A stretch of DNA of 64,000 bases from Candidatus Latescibacterota bacterium. Lineage in GTDB: Bacteria > Latescibacterota > UBA2968 > UBA8231. Positions 48,883 to 58,958 of this stretch are shown here, in pieces; the first letter of the stretch is position 1, and each line of letters starts with the position of its first letter. The translations under genes and the position numbers were made by a program. Location: NCBI GenBank assembly GCA_965197905.1, contig CBDAOB010000005.1:1568001-1632000 (forward strand), read 5' to 3'. The notes below the pieces were generated by a model that worked only from the letters and a program-made list of their open reading frames with translations, was not told the origin of the DNA and ran no database searches.

Positions 48883-49637
48883 CTACTCCCAAACGATCAC
48901 TTCGATGCGTCGATTGAGCGTTTTGTTCTCTTTCGTGGTATTGTCGACCATGGGGCGCTCTTCACCGTACCCTTTGGCCTCGACCATGGCAGGCCTGATG
49001 AACTCATAGGTGTCGATGAGATACTGCCGTACCAATTTCGCCCGCTTCTCGGATAGCTTCTGATTGCCTTCAAGTTCTCCGTCAGAGTCGGTGTGCCCTT
49101 CAAGCACTAGCTTTGAAGGCGCAAAATTCTTCACGAAGTCTGCCACCTTATCGAACTCCTCAGCAACTCCGGGTTTCAGATCGGCTTTGCCAGGGTCGAA
49201 CAAGACGCTCGAATCTATGATCAGCCGCGGCACTACCAGGTCGTTCTTGAGCGCGGTCTTGTATTTGATACGCGGGTGGGAGATGGCGTACGGATTGGCT
49301 GCAAACCGCCCCAGCGACGAGCCATTTTGCGAATCGATGATGGTCATCGTACCAATATACAGTCGCACCATGAGATTCAGCTCCGCGCTGAGCCTCTTCT
49401 CTCGATACACGTTGAGCACGTCCCCCCCCTATTGATGCTCGACTCGAACCCCTTGCTGATGTAATACTCCCGCTTCTGAGCCAGGCTGTCAGGCAGGTCG
49501 CCTCCGTCGACCGTCTTTAGCGCCACCAGAATCCGGGGCGGGTCGAACTGGCTATAGCTGTGCTCATTGGTGCCGCACAGGACCACAAGGCACAGAAACA
49601 TCTTCCCTAAAGATCGACCGCTCCTCAAAGGTGCCAT
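48883..49637 (-). pseudogene. OmpA-family peptidoglycan-binding protein split by frameshift in a G8 tract
   Basis: Two overlapping ORFs join at C8 (49422-49429). OmpA motifs VLFDPGKADL, EGHTD, NQKLSEKRA, GYGEERP, NRRIE. Confidence 0.8.
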
Positions 49638-49652
49638 GGCGACTTTTCCCAG

Positions 49653-52430
49653 TTAGTTGTGAGAACCGAGCAGATCGAGGCTGGCCTCCAGCTTGGCCAA
49701 GTTTGCCTCGTACTCATCGCGTCTCTTGTGTTCCTTAGCAACCACCTCAGGAGGCGCATTTTCGAGGAAACCCCGATTTCCCAGCTTGGCCTCCATGCCG
49801 CGCACCAAACCCTGAAATTTGGAGACCTCCTTTCGCAGGCGTTTGCGCTCCCCAGCCAGATCGATCAGTCCCTTGAGCGGAACAAAGACTGCGACGCCGC
49901 CTACGGAAGCGCTTCCAGATCCTGCGGGTTGTGGCAGACCGCGCCCGACCACAACCGACTCCGCCCTCACCAGATCCTCCAGGAGCCCGCGCTGTTCCGA
50001 GTAGACGCCAACCAGATCGTCCTCGGCACACGACAACACCAGCTCGATGCGTTTTCCCGGGGATATGTTCGATTCGCTGCGAATCGTGCGCACGGCGGTG
50101 ACCACGTGCTGCAACTGGCTCATCGTCGCCTCGGCCGCTTCATCCAGGTCGGCCAGTGGAAAGACAGGCCAGTCGCAGACCATCAAGCTGGCGGGGGCGG
50201 TCGAGTCCTTCGGCAGCGCCTGCCATAAAACCTCAGTAATAAACGGCATGATAGGATGCATCAGGCGCAAGGCAGTTTCAAGAACTTGAACCAGCATTGC
50301 TTGAGCATTCTGCCTGGACTCGGCAGCACCTCTTTGCAGGCTCGTCTTGCACATCTCAACGTACCAATCACAGTAGTCGCGCCACAAGAAATCATACACT
50401 GCCCGCGTCACCTCGCTCAGTTTGTAGCTATCCAGGGCGCTGTTTACGTCTCTAATCGTGCCAGCCATTCTGCTCCGGATCCAGCGATCGGCCAGAGCGT
50501 CCCCTGCACCGAATGCTCCCCCTCCCGGGGTGTAGTCCTGTAGATTCATTAGGACGAACCGAGCCGCGTTCCATAGCTTGTTACAGAAATTGCGTCCGTT
50601 CTCGGCACTGGGCGAGGACAGAACGATATTGTTCTCGACTTCGGCGTCGAAACGCACGTCCTGCGTGGATCCGACCTGGTGGAGCAGGCTGTAACGTGTC
50701 GCATCCGCTCCATAGAGGCGAACCAAATCCAGAGGATTGAGCCCGGTTCCCAAGCTCTTGCTCATCCGCTTGCCGTCTTTGGTCAACACGGTCGGATGCA
50801 CATATACGGTCTTGAACGGAATCTCCCCCACGAACTCCTCCGCGGTCATCACCATGCGAAGCACCCAGAGGTATAGTATGTCGCGACCGGTTATCATCAG
50901 ATCGGTGGGATGATAGTACTTCAGGTCTTCCGACTCTTGCGGCCAGCCCAGGGTTGCGAACGGCCACAGAGCGGAGGAGAACCAGGTGTCCAACACGTCC
51001 GGATCCTGCACCAGATCCGCGCCTCGGCATTCCGGGCACATTTCCGGCTTCTTGGCGCTGACAATCGCCTTGGCGCCGTTTTCGAGCCTCACCCGAAAGG
51101 TCCCTTCCCTCAATGCAGTCTCGTACGGAATATCGTCCAAAGGTAACAGCCCCTTCCGACTGCATCCGGTACAATACCACGCCGGAATTCGGTGCCCCCA
51201 CCAAATCTGTCGCGACAAGGCCCAGTCGCGAATGTTCTGCAACCACTCGACGGCATATCCCCGGAACCGATCGGGCAGATAAACGATCTCTTCGTTTTCC
51301 AGGATTGGCACGGTCTTCTCCGCCAAAACCTCCATGTTCATGAACCACTGTTCCATAGGCAGTGGTTCGATCACGGTGCCACACTTGTCGTGGTGCGGTA
51401 CGGCATGGAGGTGGTCCTCCACCTTGACGAGGAGACCCTCGCGCCGCAGGGCCTCCACGACCGCCTCGCGACAAGCGTACCGGTCCAGACCAGAGAAATC
51501 GCCCGCGGCCGGCGTCATGGTCCCATCGAAATCGATGACCTGTATCTGTTCCAATCCGTGCCGCTCACCCACCTCGTAATCATTGGGATCGTGCGCTGGC
51601 GTCACTTTGACGGCACCGCTCCCCATCCGCGGGTCGGCGTACTCGTCAGCCACGATCGGTAGCGGCCGCGCCATCAGCGGCAGCTCAACCGATTTGCCGA
51701 CGGCGTCTTTCCAACGCGTGTCGTCGGGATGCACTGCCACCCCACTGTCTCCCAGCATTGTTTCGGGTCGCGTAGTAGCCACCACCACCTGCCGCCCGCC
51801 ATCGACCCCGGGATAAGAGATGTGCCACAGATGCCCTTGGAGCTCGAGCTCCTCCGTTTCCAGATCGGAGATTACGGTGCGACAGTTTGGGCACCAATTT
51901 ATCATGCGCCGACCGCGGTAGATCCAACCCCGCTCGTAGAACTGCTGAAACGCCTTCAACACCGCTTGTTCGTACCGATCGTCCAGGGTAAATCGCGCCC
52001 GCTCCCAGTCGTAGCTACATCCCAACTTTCTCAGCTGGTCGTATATGGTCGTGCCGTACCGTTCCTTCCATTGCCAGACCCGCTCTACAAGGTTCTCGCG
52101 CCCAAGATCATATCGATTCTTGCCTTCGGTCCGCGCCAGCTCAGCCTCCACCTTCATCTGGGTGGCTATACCCGCATGGTCGGTTCCCGGTAGGCAGAGG
52201 GTCTCGTACCCTTGCATCCGCTTCCACCGTATTACCATGTCGTGGATGGCATGCTGAATGGCGTGTCCCATGTGCAGCTCGCCGGTCACGTTGGGCGGTG
52301 GAATCGTTATGGAGAAAGCGCTTTTACCTGGATTGACCCTTGAGCGAAAGTATCCACTTTCTTCCCAAACCCGGTACCAGCGGTCTTCGGATGTCGCGGG
52401 ATCAAATATCTTTGGGATCAGCTCGCTCAT
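49653..52430 (-). CDS. valS: Valine--tRNA ligase
   Basis: PPPNVTGELHMGHA, ATTRPET, SRQIWWGH, DTWFSSALWPF, RMSKSLG. Confidence 0.97.
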   Translation of the reverse strand: MSELIPKIFDPATSEDRWYRVWEESGYFRSRVNPGKSAFSITIPPPNVTGELHMGHAIQHAIHDMVIRWKRMQGYETLCLPGTDHAGIATQMKVEAELARTEGKNRYDLGRENLVERVWQWKERYGTTIYDQLRKLGCSYDWERARFTLDDRYEQAVLKAFQQFYERGWIYRGRRMINWCPNCRTVISDLETEELELQGHLWHISYPGVDGGRQVVVATTRPETMLGDSGVAVHPDDTRWKDAVGKSVELPLMARPLPIVADEYADPRMGSGAVKVTPAHDPNDYEVGERHGLEQIQVIDFDGTMTPAAGDFSGLDRYACREAVVEALRREGLLVKVEDHLHAVPHHDKCGTVIEPLPMEQWFMNMEVLAEKTVPILENEEIVYLPDRFRGYAVEWLQNIRDWALSRQIWWGHRIPAWYCTGCSRKGLLPLDDIPYETALREGTFRVRLENGAKAIVSAKKPEMCPECRGADLVQDPDVLDTWFSSALWPFATLGWPQESEDLKYYHPTDLMITGRDILYLWVLRMVMTAEEFVGEIPFKTVYVHPTVLTKDGKRMSKSLGTGLNPLDLVRLYGADATRYSLLHQVGSTQDVRFDAEVENNIVLSSPSAENGRNFCNKLWNAARFVLMNLQDYTPGGGAFGAGDALADRWIRSRMAGTIRDVNSALDSYKLSEVTRAVYDFLWRDYCDWYVEMCKTSLQRGAAESRQNAQAMLVQVLETALRLMHPIMPFITEVLWQALPKDSTAPASLMVCDWPVFPLADLDEAAEATMSQLQHVVTAVRTIRSESNISPGKRIELVLSCAEDDLVGVYSEQRGLLEDLVRAESVVVGRGLPQPAGSGSASVGGVAVFVPLKGLIDLAGERKRLRKEVSKFQGLVRGMEAKLGNRGFLENAPPEVVAKEHKRRDEYEANLAKLEASLDLLGSHN

Positions 52431-52573
52431 CGGGATGTAACTAGGTTGAATATGAATGATTTAATGCCGATTCAGTCAAATATAGGAGGGGGGTTCTACA
52501 TTGACAATGGGATATAGCTGGACCTGATTTTGCTCATGACAAGCCAGGAATTTTCCCTTCTGAAAAAGAGCAC

Positions 52574-52705
52574 ATGAGCAGACCCTTAAGTTTCTGTCTT
52601 CGAGGAGTCGGCGTCTTCCTCGGACTCTTCGCTTCCATCATGGCGATCGTCTTCGCGACCTTCGCGGTTCCCGTACTGCTTCTTCTTCTTCTGTGGGTAA
52701 CGTAG
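52574..52705 (+). CDS. Putative 43-aa membrane peptide
   Basis: MSRPLSFCLRGVGVFLGLFASIMAIVFATFAVPVLLLLLLWVT; TTGACA at 52501. Confidence 0.4.
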   Translation: MSRPLSFCLRGVGVFLGLFASIMAIVFATFAVPVLLLLLLWVT

Positions 52706-52854
52706 ACGACAGTGCCACTTCTTCCCCGGCGCTAGGAAAATAGTTCCCTGTCAACGGTTTCCCGACCACTTTCCGCTTTACAGATCAATACCTTCCAGGA
52801 TTTATTAGGACTGCCGTTAAGCTGGTCCTTCACGGTAATTAACAGCGGGAAGAT

Positions 52855-53769
52855 ATGGCAGACTGGTCTCGGTTGACGACCGAACAGAGAAACCCTGCGA
52901 GCGAGTCCATAGACGAGATCTCTACGCTGGAGATGTTGCATGTCATCTCGGCTGAGGACGCGAAGGTTGCCCCCGCCCTGCGGCGCGAGCTTCCTGCCGT
53001 TGCGGCGGCGGTAGACGCGGTGACGGAAGCCATGACGCAGAACGGCCGCCTGGTCTATGTCGGAGCCGGCACCAGCGGTCGGCTCGGCATTCTCGATGCC
53101 GCCGAATGCCCGCCGACCTTCGGCACCGATCCAGGTGCAGTACAGGGCGTCATCGCCGGTGGCTCGAAAGCCGTTTTTCGTTCCGTGGAGGGGGCCGAGG
53201 ACGATCGCTATGCAGCAGCAGATGCTCTGCGCAAACTAAATCTTTCTCCCCCAGACGTTCTCGTTGGCATCGCTGCCAGTGGCGTTACCCCCTTCGTGCT
53301 GGAAGGTCTCGCGTTTGCACGCAGCAGAAAATGCGCCACTATTCTCTTCTCATGCAGCCCAGGCGCAGCTGCTTCGGTCGATGCCGACATCAAGGTTATT
53401 CCGCTGGTGGGGCCCGAGGTCATCACCGGCTCGACGCGCATGAAGGCCGGCACGGCAACGAAGCTCTTTCTCAACATGCTTTCCACGGCGACCATGGTAA
53501 AGTTGGGCAAGACGTTCGGAAATCTGATGGTGGATCTGAAACCTTGGAACGCCAAGCTGAGAGACCGCTCGGCGCGCATTCTCTCGACCCTTGCGAACGT
53601 GGAGATTGAGGTGGCAGAGCGAACGCTGAAAAACTCGGAAGGTGATTTGAAGACTGCGCTGGTTATGGAGTTGTGCAAGGTCGATATCTCAACGGCTCGA
53701 GATCTGTTGGAGGAAAATATGGGAATGGTCAAAGCGGCCGTGAGAAACCGAACAAACTCGGAGGATTAA
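52855..53769 (+). CDS. murQ: N-acetylmuramic acid 6-phosphate etherase
   Basis: TEQRNP, GAGTSGRLGILDAAECPPTFG, GPEVITGSTRMKAGTA, GNLMVD. Confidence 0.96.
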   Translation: MADWSRLTTEQRNPASESIDEISTLEMLHVISAEDAKVAPALRRELPAVAAAVDAVTEAMTQNGRLVYVGAGTSGRLGILDAAECPPTFGTDPGAVQGVIAGGSKAVFRSVEGAEDDRYAAADALRKLNLSPPDVLVGIAASGVTPFVLEGLAFARSRKCATILFSCSPGAAASVDADIKVIPLVGPEVITGSTRMKAGTATKLFLNMLSTATMVKLGKTFGNLMVDLKPWNAKLRDRSARILSTLANVEIEVAERTLKNSEGDLKTALVMELCKVDISTARDLLEENMGMVKAAVRNRTNSED

Positions 53770-53770
53770 C

Positions 53771-54703
53771 GTGGAACTGCGGCAGCTTGGAGACACCGAG
53801 ATCCGCCTGTCCCCACTAGGATTGGGCACGGTTGAAATTGGCATGCCGTATGGCATCGGGAAACCGGCCCCACCTCCGGACGAGGAATGTATCGCGTTGT
53901 TGCATAGGGCAGTAGAACGCGGCATAAACTACATTGATACCGCCTCTGTTTACGGTCGCAGCGAGGAGATTGTCGGCAAAGCCTTCGCCCACTTCGAAGG
54001 CCCCCCCTTGATCGCCACCAAAGTAAACCTCCGCCCCGATCAGAGCCCTCCACCGACCCGCGGCCACCTTCGGACCTACGTAGAGGAGAGTGTCCAGCTG
54101 AGCCTTAAACAGCTTTACGCAGAATCCCTGGACTTGCTGCAATTGCACAACGCCCTCGATGAGGATCTCACGCCAGACCTCCTGGAGATCATGGTTGATT
54201 TACAGGAGCGCGGACTCGTGAAATATCTAGGGGCTACAACCTACGGGGAAGATGCACCGGCCCGAGTGTTGGAGCTATCTGATCATTTTCGCATCCTTCA
54301 AGTCGCCTACAATGTACTCGACCGTCGCCTGGAAAAACAGATTTTGCCACTTGCGAAAAAATTAGGCGTGGGCCTCGCGGTCAGATCGGTTTTCCTTCAA
54401 GGGGCCCTGTCCGACCGCGCGACCACGCTGCCCGACGATGTCGCGGATCTTCGCAACGCGGTGGCGCAGGTGCACGAGATCGCCGCAGCAGCAGGCATAT
54501 CTTTGACCGCGTTAGCCTTGCGTTATGTCGCGTTCAATCCCGATACCTATATTACGTTGTTTGGCACCACCAGCTTCGATGAGCTCGACGCCAACATTGC
54601 CGCGTATGAGCAAGGCCCCTTGCCGACGGATGTCCTTGAAGCATTGAACTCCATCGGGCAGCTCGACGAATACTACCTGAACCCGGGAGCATGGAATCCA
54701 TAA
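53771..54703 (+). CDS. Aldo/keto reductase
   Basis: LGLGT, IDTASVYGRSE, ATK, DLLQLHN, QVAYN. Confidence 0.9.
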   Translation: MELRQLGDTEIRLSPLGLGTVEIGMPYGIGKPAPPPDEECIALLHRAVERGINYIDTASVYGRSEEIVGKAFAHFEGPPLIATKVNLRPDQSPPPTRGHLRTYVEESVQLSLKQLYAESLDLLQLHNALDEDLTPDLLEIMVDLQERGLVKYLGATTYGEDAPARVLELSDHFRILQVAYNVLDRRLEKQILPLAKKLGVGLAVRSVFLQGALSDRATTLPDDVADLRNAVAQVHEIAAAAGISLTALALRYVAFNPDTYITLFGTTSFDELDANIAAYEQGPLPTDVLEALNSIGQLDEYYLNPGAWNP

Positions 54704-55140
54704 ACGTCACGGCGGCCAGAAACGAAAAATCGATTGATATGCGAGAGATAGGCTATCTGTCTTGGGGTATGATACCGGTCGACGATAATCCGACCACAGG
54801 AGAGATCACGAGCAGCAACCCCCCGATGTTACCTCCCATAGCACTGGACAAGAATGTCAGTCTCGTCTTCCAGTTCTCCTCGGTACCGCCCAAGCTCTCC
54901 GTCGAGCTGGAGGTGACCGCCTTATCGTCCAGTGCCGCGGGCGACGCGCCATTGGAGTTTTTCACCGGCTCGAGCTCAAGCCGATACAGGTCTATAACTG
55001 CGGGAGACTGGAACCTCAACGCCGCAGGACTAACCATCAAGTGCAGCACCGAAATCAGCGGCGTCGAAAGCTATGTGAAGATCTATCGACCCGACAATCC
55101 GGCCCTCGTTATCAACAGGATAACCTTTTTCGCCCCATGA
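54691..55140 (+). CDS. Hypothetical protein
   Basis: ORF overlapping both neighbours in the operon; no recognised motif. Confidence 0.55.
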   Translation: MESINVTAARNEKSIDMREIGYLSWGMIPVDDNPTTGEITSSNPPMLPPIALDKNVSLVFQFSSVPPKLSVELEVTALSSSAAGDAPLEFFTGSSSSRYRSITAGDWNLNAAGLTIKCSTEISGVESYVKIYRPDNPALVINRITFFAP

Positions 55141-56228
55141 CAGAGCTTATCGGAGTAGAGAAGGACCAGCTCGACACTCCAGCCCTTCTGGTCGACCTCG
55201 ATCTTTTTGAAGCTAACGTCCGAACACTGGCCAAGGCATGCTCCGATAACAGCGTCGCCTGGCGACCACACTCAAAGGCTCACAAATCTCCCGAGGTTGC
55301 CCGCCTCCAGATAGAAGCGGGCGCCCACGGCATTATTTGTGCCAAACTGAGCGAAGCCGAGGTGATGGTCGAGCATGAAATCGACAACATCCTCATAGCC
55401 AACGAGATAGTTACCCCCGCCAAACTGCGCAGGATCGCTGCCCTGCAGCGTCGGGCTACGGTAGTGTGTAACGTCGAGGCAATCGAGGTTGTCGATCTGA
55501 TTTCCGCTGCCGCAGCCGCCGAAGGTGAAACCATACCGGTATACATCGAGATGGACAACGGAATGAATCGCACCGGCGTCGATCCGGGCGAACCGACCCT
55601 CCGACTGGCGCAGAAGATCGAGACGACCGACCGGGTTTACTTGGCCGGCATGATGGGGTACGAGGGACAGGTATTGGACCTGAAACCGCTGGAGAAGAAA
55701 ACAGCGGCCTGCCATCAGGCCCTTGCTCTCTTGGTCGAAACCCACGACCTCCTTGCCGCCAACGGGATCGAGGTGGACATTGTGAGCGCTGGCGGTACAG
55801 GCTGTTACCCTATTACCGTTGCTTACCCTGGCATCACCGAATTACAAGCCGGCGGCGGGATTTTCATGGACCTCTTCTATCGAGACGAATGTTTGATCGA
55901 CGAGCTACACCTTGCGCTTACAGTTCTAACTACCGTTGTCAGCCGCCACCCACACCACATCGTCGTGGATGGGGGTTTCAAGACCATGTGCCAGAACCCA
56001 AAGCCCAGCCCAATCGACCACGACGAGCTGGAGTTGCGCGGCCTCTCTGCGGAACACGGCATCTTCAATGTCAAACAAGGGCGAACAGCTCCCAAGCTGG
56101 GAGATCGCATCGAATTCAATGTAGGATATAGCGATTCCACGAATTTCCTGCACAACCAGTTTGTCTGTATACGCAACGATCGAGTGGAAAGGGTCTGGCC
56201 CCTGTTGGGACGCGGCAAGCTGACCTGA
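55137..56228 (+). CDS. DSD1/D-threonine aldolase-family PLP enzyme (fold III)
   Basis: LDTPALLVDL, RPHSKAHK, CAKLSEAE, RTGV, GYEG, GGTG, ELQAG, LSAEHG. Confidence 0.9.
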   Translation: MTELIGVEKDQLDTPALLVDLDLFEANVRTLAKACSDNSVAWRPHSKAHKSPEVARLQIEAGAHGIICAKLSEAEVMVEHEIDNILIANEIVTPAKLRRIAALQRRATVVCNVEAIEVVDLISAAAAAEGETIPVYIEMDNGMNRTGVDPGEPTLRLAQKIETTDRVYLAGMMGYEGQVLDLKPLEKKTAACHQALALLVETHDLLAANGIEVDIVSAGGTGCYPITVAYPGITELQAGGGIFMDLFYRDECLIDELHLALTVLTTVVSRHPHHIVVDGGFKTMCQNPKPSPIDHDELELRGLSAEHGIFNVKQGRTAPKLGDRIEFNVGYSDSTNFLHNQFVCIRNDRVERVWPLLGRGKLT

Positions 56229-56240
56229 ATCTCTGTTCAA

Positions 56241-57395
56241 ATGAATCTGCTTCTAGTATCGGTTGACAGCCTGCGGCTCGATTCCGTCTCCCGCACCAAT
56301 ACGCGCATTCGCACCCCGCGTTTCGATCACTGCGCGGACGAATTCTGCTTCTACGATCGCCTTTTCTCCGTGTCATCTGCCACCCGGCCTGTACACACCA
56401 GCCTCTTCACCGGTCTTTATCCGTTCGAACACGGCATCGAGGGGCAGCAGTACCGCCACATGCGCCAAGGCGTACCGAATCTGTTGGACCTTTTTTCTCA
56501 ACACGGATATCTAGTGGGCGCGTATTCGGAAGTTCCGGAGATTTTTTTTGGGCTGGATTTCAGCATCCAACCCATGGACGATCTTCCCGGACTGCTGGCG
56601 ACCACTCCGAGCGATCCGACGTTTCTCTTCCTTCACTACTGGCAAACCCACGTGCCCTACGGCGCCCGTGACAGCCGCGCACATGGGCAGACCCTGGAGT
56701 TACTGAGAGGCGGCGATCAGGCCACGGTGCGGTCGCGATATGAAACGGCTGTGCAACGTGTCTTCGAGGACTCCATTGCCCAAGTACTGGCAGGACTCGA
56801 CCTGAGTAGATGGTGCATTTTTATCTTTGGCGACCACGGAGAGAGTTGGACCCACGAGGAGCCGTATCATGGTTTGACTCTGCGCAATTCCGTGTTGCGG
56901 GTTCCGTTGTATCTGCACATTCCCAACAGTGGTAATTCCCTGCCCCCCCGCAAGTTGCTATCCATTGTTGATTTTTTTCCGACCCTGACCGGTCTATTCC
57001 AGTTGCCCAACCAGTACCTGGGTTTTGGTCTCGACATGCGCCAGGAGCAAGCCTCCGACTATTACCTGGCGGAGATCGATCCGCTAGCCGACAACTCGGT
57101 CATTGCGAACGTCCCCGACGAACTACTCATCGGACGCGGTGGACGCGGTCGCCAGTGGGCATTGTTCAACCCTGCTGTGAAGTTGACTCACTACGAGAAA
57201 GCGGGATCTGATCGACTAGAGCACACCTTCGACGAGCAGTCGATTGAAAACCCGCAATTGGTGCGCCAGATGCACGCGGCGTTCGGTGTTTTGCGCGCAG
57301 AGTCGAGCTACGTGCGACATAACATTCCGGAGGGTTCTATGGACGAAGATCTGTTGCTCGATCAGCGTTTGCGGGATCTGGGCTATCTGACCTGA
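56241..57395 (+). CDS. Sulfatase-like/alkaline-phosphatase-superfamily hydrolase (Thr-type motif)
   Basis: VSVDSLRLD, TRPVHTSLFTGLYP, HYWQTHVPY, GDHGE, terminal RLRDLGYL. Confidence 0.82.
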   Translation: MNLLLVSVDSLRLDSVSRTNTRIRTPRFDHCADEFCFYDRLFSVSSATRPVHTSLFTGLYPFEHGIEGQQYRHMRQGVPNLLDLFSQHGYLVGAYSEVPEIFFGLDFSIQPMDDLPGLLATTPSDPTFLFLHYWQTHVPYGARDSRAHGQTLELLRGGDQATVRSRYETAVQRVFEDSIAQVLAGLDLSRWCIFIFGDHGESWTHEEPYHGLTLRNSVLRVPLYLHIPNSGNSLPPRKLLSIVDFFPTLTGLFQLPNQYLGFGLDMRQEQASDYYLAEIDPLADNSVIANVPDELLIGRGGRGRQWALFNPAVKLTHYEKAGSDRLEHTFDEQSIENPQLVRQMHAAFGVLRAESSYVRHNIPEGSMDEDLLLDQRLRDLGYLT

Positions 57396-57425
57396 AGCGG
57401 CAGACTGAATTCTTCAGCGTGATAC

Positions 57426-58040
57426 TCAGGATTGAAGATGCCGATCGATAATTTGGTGGTACTCCGGGCCCAATTCGCCGCCCAACTTCGCCCAGCGGTC
57501 GCGATACGAACCGTGGTCAAAATCAGGCACGAATCCCATCTTCAGATATAGTTTTACGGCGGCCACACGGAAATCGTCGGTCATGAGAAATATCGGTCTG
57601 GGTGGCTGTGTCAGGGCCGTCTCAACCGCCGCGGCGGTGACATGCCAGGCAAGCCCCAGACCCCGGTGGTCGGGGTCGGTGACGACCCAACCTATCTCCC
57701 AACAGGACCTTCCCCGCTTCTCGCTATCGTAGAGACCGGCTCCCGCAATCAGGGTCTCGTCCATGGTCGCGAAGAATTGTCCGTCTGGAAGCAGTGCGCT
57801 GAGAAGCACTTTCTCGATGCGGGCAACGGTCCAAACCCCGAGCTCGCTGGAATCATTTAGCAGCTCCGCCCAGGCAGATTCATCCCCGTCCCGATACGTC
57901 CGCAGCCGGCACCCCTCCTTCAACCTCCGAACTGCGGGCGGAGTCGCGTGCGGGTACCACATCAGTAACTGTGGTCGTTCGTTGTCCTTCTTTCCCAACC
58001 CCAGCAGGCTTCTCGCAAGATTTCTGGCGCTACCCAGCAT
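57426..58040 (-). CDS. GNAT N-acetyltransferase
   Basis: IGWVVTDPDHRGLGLA motif A, TDDFRVAAVKLYLKMGF. Confidence 0.85.
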   Translation of the reverse strand: MLGSARNLARSLLGLGKKDNERPQLLMWYPHATPPAVRRLKEGCRLRTYRDGDESAWAELLNDSSELGVWTVARIEKVLLSALLPDGQFFATMDETLIAGAGLYDSEKRGRSCWEIGWVVTDPDHRGLGLAWHVTAAAVETALTQPPRPIFLMTDDFRVAAVKLYLKMGFVPDFDHGSYRDRWAKLGGELGPEYHQIIDRHLQS

Positions 58041-58443
58041 GGCCCTGGCGGTAGAGCGAGGATTTGAACTTATCGGGAAAATGTGGTTTGAGCACGGTGA
58101 TCTTGCAGTGGGGCATCGCCTCCGCCAACCCCTTGGGCGCGCGCTGATCGTATCCGAGAGCGATGACATCCGGATCGATTTCTCCGACAATGCGAAGGAA
58201 GTCGGGTCCGGGATGCCCTAAGTGAGCGCAATCGACCACTTCGACGCCAGCCACCATGTTGCGACGCTCGTCTTCGTCGTGATCGGGGAGAACCCCTTTC
58301 AACCGTTTGACATTCTCATCGCGAGCTATGACGACATGGAGTTCGGTGCCCAGTTCCGCCGCCTGCTCCAGGAACGAGACGTGGCCAAGGTGCAGGTAGT
58401 CGAAGGTGCCGCAGCACAAGACCCGCGTTCGAGCCGTTGTCAT
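58030..58443 (-). CDS. Archaeal-type FAD synthase (RibL-like FMN adenylyltransferase)
   Basis: GTFDYLHLGH, VVIARD, PDVIALGYDQ, KSS: cytidylyltransferase fold with RibL-type rather than TagD/RfaE-type motifs. Confidence 0.72.
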   Translation of the reverse strand: MTTARTRVLCCGTFDYLHLGHVSFLEQAAELGTELHVVIARDENVKRLKGVLPDHDEDERRNMVAGVEVVDCAHLGHPGPDFLRIVGEIDPDVIALGYDQRAPKGLAEAMPHCKITVLKPHFPDKFKSSLYRQGHAG

Positions 58444-58448
58444 GTTGT

Positions 58449-58958
58449 TCAGTAGGACTCCTGTGAGCGCCTATCGATCCAGTAGTCCAGTCCCCTGTCC
58501 TCTTTGAGCAATCTACCGAACCGCTCGGCTTCCCAGCGCGAACCGAAATAACCGATGCGGACCCTCACCCCCTTGCTTCCTGGATTGGCGATAGCGTAGG
58601 CAGGGTACCCAGCGGAACTGAGTTCGCTTACGATCTTGCCGGCAATCCGGGCGTTCTCGTACAGGCCTATCTGAACCGTAAATTCCCCTTCGGGCTCGTA
58701 CATGATCAGCAAGGTAGAGTCGGCGTTCACAACACCGCCCGCGCTCGCCGTCTCCTGTTCGATGACGACGATTTCGCTTCTCCCGGACCTCCCCTGCAGC
58801 CCTAGCTCGTCGTCCACGCCTTCCGGCTCCTCCTCGTTCCCACAGGCGCTCCAGAAGACTGCCAGAAACAACATGCCGACTCTGGGCCCGGAAGGAACCT
58901 TCGGCGTGCGTTGCCGACGAGGTTCGGTCCCGTGGTTAGTGGATCGCCTTGAGCGCAT
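58449..58958 (-). CDS. SPOR-domain lipoprotein
   Basis: Lipobox-like WSAC; FTVQIGLY...RVRIGYFGSRWEAER. Start may be 58874. Confidence 0.75.
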   Translation of the reverse strand: MRSRRSTNHGTEPRRQRTPKVPSGPRVGMLFLAVFWSACGNEEEPEGVDDELGLQGRSGRSEIVVIEQETASAGGVVNADSTLLIMYEPEGEFTVQIGLYENARIAGKIVSELSSAGYPAYAIANPGSKGVRVRIGYFGSRWEAERFGRLLKEDRGLDYWIDRRSQESY

